A DNA stretch of 64,000 nucleotides from Escherichia coli (GTDB taxonomy: Bacteria > Pseudomonadota > Gammaproteobacteria > Enterobacterales > Enterobacteriaceae). The notes beneath the pieces are model-generated. The model did not search any database and was not told the origin of the DNA. It saw only the letters and a list, made by a program, of their open reading frames with translations. The stretch lies in NCBI RefSeq assembly GCF_003018235.1, contig NZ_CP027437.1; one strand, written 5' to 3'. Every line of letters starts with the position of its first letter. Position 1 is the stretch's first letter. Positions 35,695 through 48,020 of the stretch are shown in pieces. The position numbers and the translations under genes are program-made.

Positions 35695-36842
35695 TATTGC
35701 ATTGCTTTATAAGCGGTTACCGCCTCGGATACAACCTCGCTGTTGGCATCAAGACCGGAAATCTGTGCCAGCGCCGCCAGCGGACCTTTGTCAGCGATCA
35801 GTGCTGCCAGTTCCTGAGCCTGCGGATCATCTTCACTGCGGAAGTGCATTGCAGCGGCAATACCTTCAATCAGGTTTTTATGTGGCAGACTATATTCCAG
35901 CGTTCCGAGCAGTGGCTTGATCAGACGGTCGCCAGCACTCAGTTTACGCAGCGGCTGACGGCCTACGCGCTCTACATCATCTTTCAGGTACGGGTTCTCG
36001 AAACGACCGAGGATTTTCCGGATGTACGCCGCATGTTTGTCTGCGTCAAAGCCGTAGCGCTTGATCAATACTGCACCACTTTCTTCCATCGCACCTTTTA
36101 CCACCGCGCGGATTTTCTCGTCGAGAATCGCATCACGAATGGTCTGATGACCCGCCAGTTTTCCGAGGTACGCGGTTATAGCATGACCCGTATTCAGGGT
36201 GAAGAGTTTACGTTCGACAAATGCCATCAGGTTGTCGGTTAACTCCATGCCTGGGATGTTCGGCAGCGCGCCTTTGAACTGGGTTTTATCAACAATCCAT
36301 TCGCTGAATGTTTCTACCGTCACTTCCAGCGGATCGTTGGTTGCAGAAGCCGAAGGCGGCACGATGCGGTCAACGGCGGAATCGACAAAGCCAACGTGTT
36401 CTTCTACCCACGCTTTGGCATCTTCCGGCAGGGCGTTCATCACATGGCCTTTCAGCTGCGTGGTGCCGCGTACCATGTTTTCACAGGCGATAATGTTCAG
36501 CGGGGATTCATTACCTTGTTCTTTACGTTTCACCAGCCCTTTGGCGATTGCCGGGGCAATACGTTCCAGCACAACCGGACCAACGGCGGTAGTGACTAAA
36601 TCAACCAGAGCAATCAGATCAACGACATCATCACCAATGCTGCTGACGGCATTGACGCCGGAAACGGTATCTACCTGCTCGGTTTCACCGACCACATGAA
36701 CCTGATAGCTATGACGGGCATTCAGGGCATCAAGTACCACCTGATTGACATCGGCAAACGTCAGTTGGATACCCGCGTCTGCCAGCAGTTTACCGATAAA
36801 GCCACGACCGATATTACCTGCGCCAAAATGTAATGCTTTCAT
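35694..36842 (-). CDS. mtlD: Mannitol-1-phosphate 5-dehydrogenase
   Basis: ORF track 443 aa reads through intergenic palindromes; true start at ATG 36842 ([20 protein letters not shown], Rossmann) gives 382 aa. Confidence 0.9.
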
Positions 36843-36881
36843 AGTATTAACCTTCATCAATGTTTTTACCCGAGAGGGCTG

Positions 36882-36926
36882 GGGTGAGGCTTTTCCCTCA
36901 CCCAAACCCTCTCCGTGAGGAGAGGG
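36882..36926. repeat. Two adjacent GC-rich perfect hairpins in the mtlA-mtlD intergenic region
   Basis: GGGTGAGG-cttttc-CCTCACCC (36882-36903) and CCCTCTCC-gtga-GGAGAGGG (36907-36926). Confidence 0.5.
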
Positions 36927-36936
36927 TAGGATTGGA

Positions 36937-38850
36937 TTACTTACGACCTGCCAGCAGTTCCAGCACTTCATCCACGCTGGTGGTGTGTGCCAGACGCTCG
37001 ATGACGGATTCATCATCCAGTGCATTGGTCAGGCTGGTGATAACCTGAATGTGCTCGTTGTTACGGGCAGCAATACCAATTACCAGACGGGCAATGTCAT
37101 CTTCTTCTTCACCGAAGCGCACGCCTTCTGGGTACTGGCAGAACACCACGCCCGTTTTCAGTACGCGATCTTTTGCTTCAACCGTACCGTGCGGCACCGC
37201 GATAGACTCACCCAGATAAGTCGGGGTCAGTTTTTCACGATCCAACATCGCCTGAACGTATTCTGGCTCAACGTAACCGCCTTTCACCAGCTGCTCGCCA
37301 GCAAAACGAATCGCTTCTTCTTTGGTTGCCGCTTTGCGACCGAGGAAGATGTTCTCCGCGCCCAGTTTGAACAGGTTAGCACTGGAATCGTCAAAGCTGT
37401 CTTTCAGACTGTCTTTCACTTTTACTTCGTTTTCAGTATGGCGCTGAGCAGCAACCAGACGTTCGGTCAGGCTGGTGTACAGGCCGCTGTCGAGGAAGTT
37501 GGTCAGCGAAATATGCTGTGCCTGCGGAACCTGGCGCATAGCGCGTTCGGTCAGGTCACGGTGAGTGATGACCAGGTCCACATCTGGCGGCAGGTTGTTG
37601 ATCGCGCTGTTAGTAACAGAAATCTGCGACAGACCTGCATCCTGAATTTTCTTACGCAGCACGCCTGCGCCCATCGCACTGGAACCCATACCGGCATCAC
37701 AGGCAACGATGATTTTACGTACGTGGCTCAGGTCGTTAGTCACATCGCCTGCAGACAGCGGAGACGCACCTTTAGACTCAGCTTTCATGTCCTGCATACG
37801 ACGAGTTGCTGCTTCAATATCATCTTCTTCTTTCACTTTGCTGGTTTTCAGCAGAATGGCAGAGACAACGAAGGAGACAGCCATCGCCGCACACACACCC
37901 GCGATGTTAGCGAAATAAGCACCTTTTGGTGTCATCGCCAGTACAGCAAGGATAGAACCCGGAGATGCCGGAGAAACCAGACCACCGCCCAGGATAGTCA
38001 GCGTGAACACGCCAGTCATACCGCCGAGGATAACGGCCAGAATCAGACGCGGATTCATCAGCACATACGGGAAGTAGATTTCGTGGATACCGCCCAGGAA
38101 GTGGATGATTGCCGCACCGCCCGCAGACTGTTTAGCGCTACCACGCCCAAAGAACATGTACGCCAGCAGCACGCCCATACCCGGACCTGGGTTAGCTTCA
38201 ATCAGGAAGAAGATGGATTTACCCAGTTCATGGGACTGCTGAATACCCAGCGGCGAGAAGATACCGTGGTTAATGGCGTTGTTGAGGAACAGGATTTTCG
38301 CCGGTTCAACAAAGATAGACGCCAGCGGCAGCATGTCATGGACAACCATGAAGTTAACGCCCGCAGCCAGCATTTTAGACAGAGCTTCAACAATCGGGCC
38401 AATGCCGAGGAATGCCAGAATAGCGAGGATCATCCCGATGATGCCTGCGGAGAAGTTATTCACCAGCATCTCAAAACCGGATTTGATCTTACCGTCTACC
38501 CAGCGGTCGAAGTGCTTAATGCACCAGCCGCCCAGCGGACCTGCAATCATAGAACCGAGGAACATCGGCATATCTGCGCCGACGATAACGCCCATGGTGG
38601 TGATGGCACCGACTACACCGCCACGTTCGCCGCCTACCAGCTTACCACCGGTATAACCGATCAGCAGCGGCAGGAGATAAGTGATCATCGGCCCGACCAG
38701 CTTCGCCAGCGTTTCGTTCGGTAACCACCCTGTTGGAATAAATAACGCGGTGATGATACCCCACGCGATAAACGCGCCGATATTTGGCATCACCATGTTG
38801 CTGAGGAAACGACCAAAGCTTTGCACTTTGATCTTAATATCGGATGACAT
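36937..38850 (-). CDS. mtlA: PTS mannitol-specific EIICBA component
   Basis: 637 aa; N-terminal membrane EIIC, then EIIB and EIIA domains; upstream of mtlD-mtlR. Confidence 0.9.
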   Translation of the reverse strand: MSSDIKIKVQSFGRFLSNMVMPNIGAFIAWGIITALFIPTGWLPNETLAKLVGPMITYLLPLLIGYTGGKLVGGERGGVVGAITTMGVIVGADMPMFLGSMIAGPLGGWCIKHFDRWVDGKIKSGFEMLVNNFSAGIIGMILAILAFLGIGPIVEALSKMLAAGVNFMVVHDMLPLASIFVEPAKILFLNNAINHGIFSPLGIQQSHELGKSIFFLIEANPGPGMGVLLAYMFFGRGSAKQSAGGAAIIHFLGGIHEIYFPYVLMNPRLILAVILGGMTGVFTLTILGGGLVSPASPGSILAVLAMTPKGAYFANIAGVCAAMAVSFVVSAILLKTSKVKEEDDIEAATRRMQDMKAESKGASPLSAGDVTNDLSHVRKIIVACDAGMGSSAMGAGVLRKKIQDAGLSQISVTNSAINNLPPDVDLVITHRDLTERAMRQVPQAQHISLTNFLDSGLYTSLTERLVAAQRHTENEVKVKDSLKDSFDDSSANLFKLGAENIFLGRKAATKEEAIRFAGEQLVKGGYVEPEYVQAMLDREKLTPTYLGESIAVPHGTVEAKDRVLKTGVVFCQYPEGVRFGEEEDDIARLVIGIAARNNEHIQVITSLTNALDDESVIERLAHTTSVDEVLELLAGRK

Positions 38851-39110
38851 AAAAACACCCCTTCTTATGTTTGCTGTCGCGCAGGCTGGAAGCCCGAGGT
38901 TTTTTGTTAATGTGGCGGCAGAGGTAGCCGGACCTTGTAGATACTGCGAAATCTGGCACTGAATCGGTTAACTGTCCAGTCGACGGCCTTTTGTGTGATA
39001 TCAGTCACATAAATATAGGGGGTAGAGAGGTAATTGACGTGATGCTCATCACAAAACGACTGTGTAAAAAAGCAACAAGGCGGCGATTTTCGCTAAAAAT
39101 GGCATTTAAA

Positions 39111-39126
39111 TGTGAGTAATGTCACA
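39111..39126. promoter_or_regulatory. CRP binding site (perfect TGTGA-N6-TCACA) in the mtlA upstream region
   Basis: TGTGAgtaatgTCACA, about 260 bp upstream of the mtlA start. Confidence 0.55.
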
Positions 39127-39154
39127 TTTTTGTTTTGTTAGTTTGTTGAATCTT

Positions 39155-39170
39155 TGTGATCTGAATCACA
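39155..39170. promoter_or_regulatory. Second CRP binding site (perfect TGTGA-N6-TCACA) in the mtlA upstream region
   Basis: TGTGAtctgaaTCACA; a third weaker half-site, TGTGAtctgcaGCATG, lies at 39198-39213. Confidence 0.55.
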
Positions 39171-39386
39171 AGATATTTTCTTACGGCGTTCACCTGATGT
39201 GATCTGCAGCATGTTATGCCTTCGTCATAAAATCGTTATGTAACTAAGCAACTCATCACCTCTAAAAATTATTCTTTGGTGTTATGGCGAGAATCGCGAA
39301 CCCGAATTATTGTCAAAATATCAGCCTGACTCCCTTCTGGCTGCCAGCCAAAAAACAACACCGATAAACGTGAATCCGAGGCAGAT

Positions 39387-39749
39387 ATGTTTCTAAACTA
39401 TTTCGCGTTGGGAGTGCTGATCTTCGTCTTTCTGGTGATTTTTTATGGAATCATCGCGATACATGACATCCCTTATCTGATTGCCAAAAAGCGCAACCAT
39501 CCCCATGCCGACGCTATTCATACGGCGGGCTGGGTGAGCCTGTTTACTCTACATGTTATCTGGCCGTTCCTGTGGATCTGGGCGACGCTCTATCAACCGG
39601 AGCGCGGCTGGGGCATGCAGTCACATGTTGCGTCGCAAGAGAAAGCGACTGACCCGGAAATCGCCGCACTTTCTGACCGAATTTCCCGGCTGGAGCACCA
39701 ACTCGCCGCCGAGAAAAAGACTGACTATTCCACGTTCCCGGAGATCTAA
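39387..39749 (+). CDS. yibI: Small inner membrane protein YibI (DUF3302)
   Basis: 120 aa, N-terminal TM helices; divergent from mtlA and followed 2 bp later by yibH. Confidence 0.75.
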   Translation: MFLNYFALGVLIFVFLVIFYGIIAIHDIPYLIAKKRNHPHADAIHTAGWVSLFTLHVIWPFLWIWATLYQPERGWGMQSHVASQEKATDPEIAALSDRISRLEHQLAAEKKTDYSTFPEI

Positions 39750-39751
39750 AT

Positions 39752-40888
39752 ATGGATCTATTGATTGTTTTAACTTACGTGGCGCTGGCGTGGGCGGTCT
39801 TTAAAATCTTCCGCATTCCGGTGAATCAGTGGACGCTGGCGACGGCGGCGCTGGGAGGCGTGTTTCTGGTGAGTGGTTTGATTTTGTTGATGAACTACAA
39901 CCACCCTTACACTTTTACCGCGCAAAAGGCAGTGATAGCGATCCCCATCACGCCACAGGTGACGGGAATTGTTACTGAAGTCACCGACAAAAATAATCAG
40001 CTTATTCAAAAGGGCGAGGTGCTTTTTAAACTCGACCCGGTTCGTTACCAGGCGCGAGTTGACAGACTTCAGGCTGACCTGATGACGGCGACGCATAATA
40101 TAAAGACGCTGCGCGCGCAGCTCACTGAAGCGCAGGCCAACACCACCCAGGTTTCAGCGGAGCGCGACCGTCTGTTTAAAAATTATCAACGTTATCTGAA
40201 AGGCAGCCAGGCGGCGGTGAATCCGTTCTCGGAACGTGACATCGACGATGCGCGGCAAAATTTCCTCGCGCAGGATGCGCTGGTGAAAGGCTCGGTGGCG
40301 GAGCAGGCGCAGATCCAGAGCCAGCTCGATAGTATGGTTAACGGCGAGCAATCGCAGATTGTGAGCTTAAGAGCGCAACTTACTGAAGCAAAATATAACC
40401 TTGAGCAGACTGTCATTCGCGCGCCGAGCAATGGCTACGTTACTCAGGTACTGATCCGCCCAGGTACATACGCAGCTGCCTTGCCGTTGCGTCCGGTGAT
40501 GGTTTTCATCCCCGAGCAAAAACGGCAAATTGTCGCCCAATTTCGGCAAAACTCGCTGTTACGTCTGAAACCCGGCGATGATGCGGAAGTGGTGTTTAAC
40601 GCGCTACCTGGGCAGGTGTTCCACGGCAAACTGACCAGTATTTTACCTGTCGTGCCAGGCGGTTCTTATCAGGCGCAGGGGGTATTGCAATCATTAACGG
40701 TCGTGCCCGGCACGGACGGTGTGCTGGGAACCATTGAACTGGACCCTAACGATGATATCGATGCCTTACCCGACGGCATCTACGCCCAGGTGGCGGTTTA
40801 CTCCGACCATTTCAGCCATGTTTCGGTGATGCGGAAAGTGCTGCTAAGAATGACCAGCTGGATGCATTATCTTTATTTGGATCATTGA
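39752..40888 (+). CDS. yibH: HlyD-family membrane fusion/secretion protein
   Basis: 378 aa, N-terminal TM anchor, long coiled coil and barrel-sandwich hybrid region. Confidence 0.8.
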   Translation: MDLLIVLTYVALAWAVFKIFRIPVNQWTLATAALGGVFLVSGLILLMNYNHPYTFTAQKAVIAIPITPQVTGIVTEVTDKNNQLIQKGEVLFKLDPVRYQARVDRLQADLMTATHNIKTLRAQLTEAQANTTQVSAERDRLFKNYQRYLKGSQAAVNPFSERDIDDARQNFLAQDALVKGSVAEQAQIQSQLDSMVNGEQSQIVSLRAQLTEAKYNLEQTVIRAPSNGYVTQVLIRPGTYAAALPLRPVMVFIPEQKRQIVAQFRQNSLLRLKPGDDAEVVFNALPGQVFHGKLTSILPVVPGGSYQAQGVLQSLTVVPGTDGVLGTIELDPNDDIDALPDGIYAQVAVYSDHFSHVSVMRKVLLRMTSWMHYLYLDH

Positions 40889-40958
40889 GACTTATATCAC
40901 CTGTGTTTTGCGTGAGCCTGAGCCATACTGATATTTTTCCTCGCACAAAGGACTCGGC

Positions 40959-41567
40959 ATGAAACTCGTCGGTAGCTACACCAGCCCGTTTGTACGCAAA
41001 CTTTCTATTCTGTTGTTAGAAAAGGGCATAACTTTCGAATTTATTAATGAACTGCCCTATAACGCGGACAACGGCGTGGCGCAATTTAACCCGTTAGGGA
41101 AAGTGCCGGTGCTGGTGACCGAAGAGGGCGAATGTTGGTTTGATTCGCCGATCATCGCTGAATATATTGAATTAATGAATGTCGCTCCGGCGATGTTGCC
41201 GCGCGATCCGCTGGAGTCGTTGCGGGTGCGCAAAATTGAGGCGCTGGCGGATGGCATTATGGATGCCGGGCTGGTATCGGTGCGTGAACAGGCGCGTCCG
41301 GCGGCGCAGCAGTCTGAAGATGAATTGTTACGCCAGCGGGAGAAAATCAACCGCAGTCTGGATGTGCTGGAAGGATATCTGGTCGATGGCACGCTCAAAA
41401 CCGATACGGTCAATCTGGCGACTATCGCCATTGCCTGTGCCGTCGGATATCTCAATTTCCGCCGCGTTGCGCCAGGCTGGTGTGTCGACCGCCCACACTT
41501 AGTCAAACTGGTCGAAAACCTGTTTAGCCGCGAAAGTTTTGCTCGCACCGAACCGCCAAAGGCTTGA
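40959..41567 (+). CDS. yibF: Glutathione S-transferase-like protein
   Basis: 202 aa GST fold ([24 protein letters not shown]...); position before selA. Confidence 0.8.
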
Positions 41568-41664
41568 TGCGCGATATGTCCTCCTGACCCATCTCACGTT
41601 ACAATCCGTGGTTATGTTAAACGCCCTTCTCCGTGTGAGAGGGCCTTGATCAGCCAGGTTTCCT

Positions 41665-43056
41665 ATGACAACCGAAACGCGTTCCCTCTATAGTCAACTT
41701 CCGGCTATTGATCGCTTATTGCGCGATAGCTCCTTCCTTTCTTTGCGTGATACTTATGGTCACACCCGCGTGGTGGAATTGCTGCGTCAGATGCTTGACG
41801 AAGCGCGAGAAGTGATTCGTGACAGCCAGACGCTGCCCGCATGGTGTGAAAACTGGGCGCAAGAAGTCGATGCCCGACTGACAAAGGAGGCGCAGAGCGC
41901 GCTGCGTCCGGTGATCAACCTGACGGGAACCGTGCTGCATACCAATCTTGGGCGAGCTTTACAGGCGGAAGCCGCAGTGGAAGCCGTTGCGCAGGCTATG
42001 CGTACGCCAGTGACCCTCGAGTACGATCTGGACGACGCCGGACGCGGACATCGCGATCGGGCGCTGGCGCAGCTGCTGTGCCGCATTACGGGAGCGGAAG
42101 ATGCCTGTATCGTTAATAACAATGCGGCGGCGGTGTTATTGATGTTGGCGGCCACTGCCAGCGGGAAAGAGGTGGTGGTATCTCGCGGCGAACTGGTGGA
42201 GATTGGCGGCGCGTTTCGTATTCCTGATGTCATGCGTCAGGCAGGCTGCACCCTACACGAAGTGGGGACCACCAACCGCACGCACGCTAATGATTATCGT
42301 CAGGCGGTGAATGAAAATACCGCGCTGTTGATGAAAGTACATACCAGTAACTACAGCATTCAGGGATTCACCAAAGCGATAGATGAAGCGGAACTGGTGG
42401 CGCTCGGCAAAGAGCTGGATGTTCCCGTAGTGACTGATTTAGGCAGTGGCTCGCTGGTTGATCTTAGCCAGTACGGTTTGCCGAAAGAGCCAATGCCGCA
42501 GGAGTTGATTGCGGCGGGTGTCAGTCTGGTGAGCTTCTCCGGCGACAAGTTGTTAGGCGGGCCGCAGGCAGGAATTATTGTTGGTAAAAAAGAGATGATC
42601 GCCCGCCTGCAAAGCCACCCGCTGAAGCGTGCATTACGCGCGGATAAAATGACCCTCGCGGCGCTGGAAGCCACGTTGCGTCTTTATTTACACCCTGAAG
42701 CACTGAGTGAAAAATTACCGACCCTGCGCCTGCTTACCCGCAGCGCAGAGGTCATTCAAATCCAGGCACAACGTTTACAGGCCCCCCTTGCCGCACATTA
42801 CGGCGCGGAGTTTGCGGTACAGGTTATGCCATGTCTTTCGCAGATTGGCAGTGGTTCGCTGCCGGTTGATCGCCTGCCGAGCGCGGCATTAACGTTTACA
42901 CCCCATGATGGACGCGGTAGCCACCTTGAGTCATTAGCCGCCCGCTGGCGTGAATTGCCAGTGCCGGTGATTGGTCGTATTTATGACGGACGATTGTGGC
43001 TGGATTTACGCTGCCTTGAAAATGAGCAACGGTTTTTGGAGATGTTGTTGAAATGA
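41665..43056 (+). CDS. selA: L-seryl-tRNA(Sec) selenium transferase
   Basis: 463 aa; start overlaps selB by 4 bp. Confidence 0.9.
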   Translation: MTTETRSLYSQLPAIDRLLRDSSFLSLRDTYGHTRVVELLRQMLDEAREVIRDSQTLPAWCENWAQEVDARLTKEAQSALRPVINLTGTVLHTNLGRALQAEAAVEAVAQAMRTPVTLEYDLDDAGRGHRDRALAQLLCRITGAEDACIVNNNAAAVLLMLAATASGKEVVVSRGELVEIGGAFRIPDVMRQAGCTLHEVGTTNRTHANDYRQAVNENTALLMKVHTSNYSIQGFTKAIDEAELVALGKELDVPVVTDLGSGSLVDLSQYGLPKEPMPQELIAAGVSLVSFSGDKLLGGPQAGIIVGKKEMIARLQSHPLKRALRADKMTLAALEATLRLYLHPEALSEKLPTLRLLTRSAEVIQIQAQRLQAPLAAHYGAEFAVQVMPCLSQIGSGSLPVDRLPSAALTFTPHDGRGSHLESLAARWRELPVPVIGRIYDGRLWLDLRCLENEQRFLEMLLK

Positions 43057-44897
43057 TTATTGCGACTGCCGGACACGTTGACCACGGCAAAACAACCTTA
43101 TTGCAGGCGATTACTGGCGTAAATGCCGACCGTCTGCCGGAAGAAAAAAAGCGCGGCATGACCATCGATCTCGGCTATGCCTACTGGCCGCAGCCGGATG
43201 GCCGTGTGCCTGGTTTTATCGACGTACCCGGTCATGAAAAGTTTCTTTCCAACATGCTGGCTGGCGTTGGTGGTATCGATCACGCGCTGTTGGTGGTGGC
43301 GTGCGATGACGGCGTGATGGCACAGACCCGTGAGCATCTGGCGATTTTGCAGCTGACCGGTAACCCGATGCTGACAGTGGCGCTGACCAAAGCCGATCGC
43401 GTGGACGAAGCGCGTGTTGATGAGGTTGAACGCCAGGTAAAGGAGGTGCTGCGGGAATACGGTTTTGCTGAGGCAAAACTGTTTATCACCGCAGCAACCG
43501 AAGGTCGGGGAATTGATGCCCTGCGCGAGCATTTGCTTCAGTTACCAGAACGTGAACACGCCAGCCAACATAGTTTCCGCCTCGCGATCGACCGTGCATT
43601 TACCGTAAAAGGTGCCGGGCTGGTCGTCACCGGTACGGCGTTAAGCGGGGAAGTGAAGGTAGGCGATTCACTATGGCTGACTGGTGTAAATAAACCGATG
43701 CGCGTGCGTGCGCTGCATGCGCAAAATCAGCCAACAGAAACTGCCCATGCCGGTCAGCGTATCGCGCTTAACATCGCGGGTGATGCGGAAAAAGAGCAGA
43801 TTCACCGTGGTGACTGGCTGCTTGCCGATGCGCCGCCGGAGCCTTTCACACGGGTGATTGTCGAGCTTCAAACCCATACACCGCTGACCCAGTGGCAGCC
43901 GCTGCATATTCACCACGCCGCCAGCCACGTCACGGGACGCGTTTCGCTGCTGGAAGATAACCTTGCCGAGCTGGTGTTCGACACGCCGCTATGGCTGGCG
44001 GATAACGATCGCCTGGTGCTGCGCGATATCTCGGCCCGCAACACGCTGGCGGGGGCGCGTGTGGTGATGCTTAACCCGCCGCGTCGCGGTAAGCGTAAGC
44101 CGGAATATCTGCAATGGCTGGCGTCTCTTGCACGGGCGCAGAGCGATGCCGATGCGTTATCTGTTCATCTGGAACGCGGAGCGGTTAACCTTGCGGATTT
44201 CGCCTGGGCACGGCAGCTCAACGGCGAAGGGATGCGCGAACTGCTGCAACAGCCTGGCTATATTCAGGCTGGTTATAGCTTGTTGAATGCGCCGGTTGCC
44301 GCCCGCTGGCAGCGGAAAATTCTCGACACATTAGCGATTTATCATGAGCAACATCGCGATGAACCTGGTCCTGGGCGCGAACGTCTGCGACGTATGGCGT
44401 TGCCAATGGAAGATGAAGCGCTGGTACTGTTGCTGATTGAAAAGATGCGCGAAAGCGGCGACATCCTCAGTCATCACGGTTGGCTGCATCTGCCGGATCA
44501 TAAAGCGGGCTTCAGCGAAGAGCAGCAGGTCATCTGGCAAAAAGCAGAGCCGCTGTTTGGTGACGAACCGTGGTGGGTGCGTGACCTGGCAAAAGAGACG
44601 GGAACCGACGAGCAGGCAATGCGCCTGACGCTACGCCAGGCGGCGCAGCAGGGGATAATTACCGCGATCGTTAAAGATCGTTATTACCGTAACGATCGGA
44701 TTGTCGAGTTTGCCAATATGATCCGCGATCTCGATCAGGAGTGTGGTTCAACCTGCGCGGCGGATTTCCGCGATCGCTTAGGTGTAGGCCGAAAGCTGGC
44801 AATTCAGATTTTGGAATATTTTGACCGCATTGGCTTTACGCGTCGTCGTGGAAATGATCATTTATTGCGCGACGCATTATTATTTCCGGAAAAATAA
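43053..44897 (+). CDS. selB: Selenocysteine-specific translation elongation factor
   Basis: 614 aa; N-terminal GTPase motifs ([23 protein letters not shown]). Confidence 0.9.
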   Translation: MIIATAGHVDHGKTTLLQAITGVNADRLPEEKKRGMTIDLGYAYWPQPDGRVPGFIDVPGHEKFLSNMLAGVGGIDHALLVVACDDGVMAQTREHLAILQLTGNPMLTVALTKADRVDEARVDEVERQVKEVLREYGFAEAKLFITAATEGRGIDALREHLLQLPEREHASQHSFRLAIDRAFTVKGAGLVVTGTALSGEVKVGDSLWLTGVNKPMRVRALHAQNQPTETAHAGQRIALNIAGDAEKEQIHRGDWLLADAPPEPFTRVIVELQTHTPLTQWQPLHIHHAASHVTGRVSLLEDNLAELVFDTPLWLADNDRLVLRDISARNTLAGARVVMLNPPRRGKRKPEYLQWLASLARAQSDADALSVHLERGAVNLADFAWARQLNGEGMRELLQQPGYIQAGYSLLNAPVAARWQRKILDTLAIYHEQHRDEPGPGRERLRRMALPMEDEALVLLLIEKMRESGDILSHHGWLHLPDHKAGFSEEQQVIWQKAEPLFGDEPWWVRDLAKETGTDEQAMRLTLRQAAQQGIITAIVKDRYYRNDRIVEFANMIRDLDQECGSTCAADFRDRLGVGRKLAIQILEYFDRIGFTRRRGNDHLLRDALLFPEK

Positions 44898-44957
44898 GGA
44901 AATGATTAATTAAGTTTTAAAATAAATTAATACAAAATTCTTATGAATTTAAAAAAA

Positions 44958-44995
44958 GCACATTGTTTAATGAATACAATGTGCTTTTTATTAGA
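44958..44995 (+). terminator. Rho-independent terminator downstream of selB
   Basis: AGCACATTG-tttaatgaata-CAATGTGCT perfect 9-bp stem followed by TTTTTATT, preceded by an A-run (potentially bidirectional). Confidence 0.65.
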
Positions 44996-45086
44996 TTAAT
45001 TTTGATAATCAATAATACTGATCATATTTTCAAATGAAAATCCTCAGTAAGCTGCCCGCCCTTTTTTACACTTTCAGGAGTGTGTT

Positions 45087-46238
45087 ATGGCAGCTTCAAC
45101 CTTTTTTATTCCTTCCGTGAATGTTATTGGTGCTGATTCATTGAATGATGCAATGAATATGATGGCAGATTATGGATTTACCCGTACCTTAATTGTCACT
45201 GACAATATGTTAACGAAATTGGGTATGGCGGGTGATGTGCAAAAAGCACTGGAAGAACGCAATATTTTTAGTGTTATTTATGATGGCACCCAACCTAACC
45301 CCACCACGGAAAACGTCGCTGCAGGTTTGAAATTACTTAAAGAAAATAATTGCGATAGCGTGATTTCCTTAGGCGGTGGTTCTCCACACGACTGCGCAAA
45401 AGGTATTGCGCTGGTGGCAGCCAATGGTGGCGATATTCGCGATTATGAAGGCGTTGACCGCTCTGCAAAACCGCAGCTGCCGATGATCGCCATCAATACC
45501 ACGGCGGGTACGGCCTCTGAAATGACCCGTTTCTGCATCATCACTGACGAAGCGCGTCACATCAAAATGGCGATTGTTGATAAGCACGTGACCCCGCTGC
45601 TTTCTGTCAATGACTCCTCTCTGATGATCGGTATGCCGAAGTCACTGACCGCCGCAACCGGTATGGATGCCTTAACACACGCTATTGAAGCGTATGTTTC
45701 AATTGCTGCAACGCCGATCACTGACGCTTGCGCACTGAAAGCGGTGACCATGATTGCCGAAAATCTGCCGTTAGCCGTTGAAGATGGCAGCAATGCTAAA
45801 GCGCGTGAAGCAATGGCTTATGCCCAGTTCCTCGCTGGCATGGCATTCAACAACGCATCTCTTGGTTATGTTCATGCGATGGCGCACCAGCTGGGCGGTT
45901 TCTACAACCTGCCACATGGTGTATGTAATGCCGTTCTGCTGCCACACGTTCAGGTGTTCAACAGCAAAGTCGCTGCTGCGCGTCTGCGTGACTGTGCTGC
46001 TGCCATGGGCGTTAACGTGACAGGCAAAAATGACGCGGAAGGCGCAGAAGCGTGCATCAATGCCATCCGTGAACTGGCGAAGAAAGTGAATATCCCGGCA
46101 GGCCTGCGTGACCTGAACGTGAAAGAAGAGGATTTCGCGGTACTGGCCACCAATGCCCTGAAAGATGCGTGTGGGTTTACTAACCCGATTCAGGCAACTC
46201 ACGAAGAGATTGTGGCAATTTATCGCGCTGCGATGTAA
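45087..46238 (+). CDS. yiaY: Iron-containing (group III) alcohol dehydrogenase
   Basis: 383 aa, Fe-ADH family; GGGSPHD motif; position before aldB. Confidence 0.85.
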   Translation: MAASTFFIPSVNVIGADSLNDAMNMMADYGFTRTLIVTDNMLTKLGMAGDVQKALEERNIFSVIYDGTQPNPTTENVAAGLKLLKENNCDSVISLGGGSPHDCAKGIALVAANGGDIRDYEGVDRSAKPQLPMIAINTTAGTASEMTRFCIITDEARHIKMAIVDKHVTPLLSVNDSSLMIGMPKSLTAATGMDALTHAIEAYVSIAATPITDACALKAVTMIAENLPLAVEDGSNAKAREAMAYAQFLAGMAFNNASLGYVHAMAHQLGGFYNLPHGVCNAVLLPHVQVFNSKVAAARLRDCAAAMGVNVTGKNDAEGAEACINAIRELAKKVNIPAGLRDLNVKEEDFAVLATNALKDACGFTNPIQATHEEIVAIYRAAM

Positions 46239-46438
46239 TCATCATTCCCCCAATGGCTGGCTAATTGTCAGCCATTTTTTAAACTATCTCAAAATTTGCG
46301 ATTTTTGAGAGAGTTTTAGTTATCTCTGTAGTCCTTGCCCGTAAATTCGTGATAGCCGTCGTAAAGCTGTTACCGACTGGCGAAGATTTCGCCAGTCACG
46401 TCTACCCTTGTTATACCTCACACCGCAAGGAGACGATC

Positions 46439-47977
46439 ATGACCAATAATCCCCCTTCAGCACAGATTAAGCCCGGCGAGTATGGTTTCCCCCTCAAGTT
46501 AAAAGCCCGCTACGACAACTTTATTGGCGGCGAATGGGTAGCCCCTGCCGACGGCGAGTATTACCAGAACCTGACGCCGGTGACCGGGCAGCTGCTGTGC
46601 GAAGTGGCGTCTTCGGGCAAACGAGATATCGATCTGGCGCTGGATGCTGCGCACAAAGTGAAAGATAAATGGGCGCATACCTCGGTGCAGGATCGCGCGG
46701 CGATTCTGTTTAAGATTGCCGATCGGATGGAGCAGAACCTCGAACTGTTAGCGACCGCTGAAACCTGGGATAACGGCAAACCCATTCGCGAAACCAGTGC
46801 TGCTGATGTGCCGCTGGCGATTGACCATTTTCGCTATTTTGCCTCGTGTATTCGGGCGCAGGAAGGCGGTATTAGTGAAGTGGATAGCGAAACTGTGGCT
46901 TATCACTTCCACGAACCGTTAGGCGTGGTGGGGCAGATTATTCCGTGGAACTTCCCGCTGCTGATGGCGAGCTGGAAAATGGCTCCCGCGCTGGCGGCGG
47001 GCAACTGTGTGGTGCTGAAACCCGCACGTCTTACCCCGCTTTCTGTACTGCTGCTAATGGAAATCGTCGGTGATTTACTGCCGCCGGGCGTGGTGAACGT
47101 GGTTAACGGCGCTGGTGGGGAAATTGGCGAATATCTGGCGACCTCGAAACGCATCGCCAAAGTGGCGTTTACCGGCTCAACGGAAGTGGGTCAACAAATT
47201 ATGCAATACGCCACGCAAAACATTATTCCGGTGACGCTGGAGCTGGGCGGCAAATCGCCAAATATCTTCTTTGCTGACGTGATGGATGAAGAAGATGCCT
47301 TTTTTGATAAAGCGCTGGAAGGCTTTGCACTGTTTGCCTTTAACCAGGGCGAAGTTTGCACCTGTCCAAGCCGTGCTTTAGTGCAGGAGTCTATCTACGA
47401 ACGCTTCATGGAACGCGCCATCCGCCGTGTTGAAAGTATTCGTAGCGGTAACCCGCTCGACAGCGTGACGCAAATGGGTGCGCAGGTATCTCACGGGCAA
47501 CTGGAAACCATCCTCAATTACATTGATATCGGCAAAAAAGAGGGCGCAGACGTGCTCACCGGCGGGCGGCGCAAGCTGCTGGAAGGCGAACTGAAAGACG
47601 GCTACTACCTCGAACCGACTATTTTGTTTGGTCAGAACAATATGCGGGTGTTCCAGGAGGAGATATTTGGCCCGGTGCTGGCGGTGACCACCTTCAAAAC
47701 GATGGAAGAAGCGCTGGAGCTGGCGAACGATACGCAATATGGCCTGGGCGCTGGCGTCTGGAGCCGCAACGGTAATCTGGCCTATAAGATGGGGCGCGGC
47801 ATTCAGGCTGGGCGCGTGTGGACCAACTGTTATCACGCTTACCCGGCACATGCGGCGTTTGGCGGCTACAAACAGTCGGGCATCGGACGCGAAACCCATA
47901 AGATGATGCTTGAGCATTACCAGCAAACCAAATGCCTGCTGGTGAGCTACTCGGATAAACCGTTGGGGCTGTTCTGA
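46439..47977 (+). CDS. aldB: Aldehyde dehydrogenase B
   Basis: ORF track 542 aa; internal ATG at 46439 ([22 protein letters not shown]) gives 512 aa; aldehyde dehydrogenase catalytic motifs (ELGGKSP, CTCPSR). Confidence 0.9.
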   Translation: MTNNPPSAQIKPGEYGFPLKLKARYDNFIGGEWVAPADGEYYQNLTPVTGQLLCEVASSGKRDIDLALDAAHKVKDKWAHTSVQDRAAILFKIADRMEQNLELLATAETWDNGKPIRETSAADVPLAIDHFRYFASCIRAQEGGISEVDSETVAYHFHEPLGVVGQIIPWNFPLLMASWKMAPALAAGNCVVLKPARLTPLSVLLLMEIVGDLLPPGVVNVVNGAGGEIGEYLATSKRIAKVAFTGSTEVGQQIMQYATQNIIPVTLELGGKSPNIFFADVMDEEDAFFDKALEGFALFAFNQGEVCTCPSRALVQESIYERFMERAIRRVESIRSGNPLDSVTQMGAQVSHGQLETILNYIDIGKKEGADVLTGGRRKLLEGELKDGYYLEPTILFGQNNMRVFQEEIFGPVLAVTTFKTMEEALELANDTQYGLGAGVWSRNGNLAYKMGRGIQAGRVWTNCYHAYPAHAAFGGYKQSGIGRETHKMMLEHYQQTKCLLVSYSDKPLGLF

Positions 47978-47981
47978 TGTG

Positions 47982-48020
47982 AAAGGCAGGCAACGTTAAT
48001 AGTTGTCTGCCTTTGTTTTA
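47982..48020. terminator. Putative bidirectional terminator between convergent aldB and the 359-aa nuclease-like gene
   Basis: AAAGGCAGGCAAC-gttaata-GTTGTCTGCCTTT (13-bp stem, 1 mismatch) followed by a T-rich run. Confidence 0.5.

Noticed and set aside
35694-37025. N-terminally extended ORF-track models (mtlD 443 aa, gpmM 562 aa, aldB 542 aa, envC 427 aa, lldP 560 aa, lldR 263 aa, sgbU 316 aa, GH127 670 aa, secB and yibN extensions)
   Set aside because: The extensions cross intergenic hairpins or upstream gene ends and lack ribosome-binding sites; internal starts give the expected protein lengths and N-terminal motifs.
36985-38724. 579-aa plus-strand ORF opposite mtlA, and similar long antisense ORFs (13693-14718 opposite tdh, 18753-19835 opposite gpmM, 17802-18686 opposite envC, 50772-51284 and 51717-52265 opposite the GH127 gene)
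   Set aside because: Each is fully contained in a well-supported gene on the other strand and its translation has no recognisable family features; GC-rich coding DNA routinely produces such open antisense frames.
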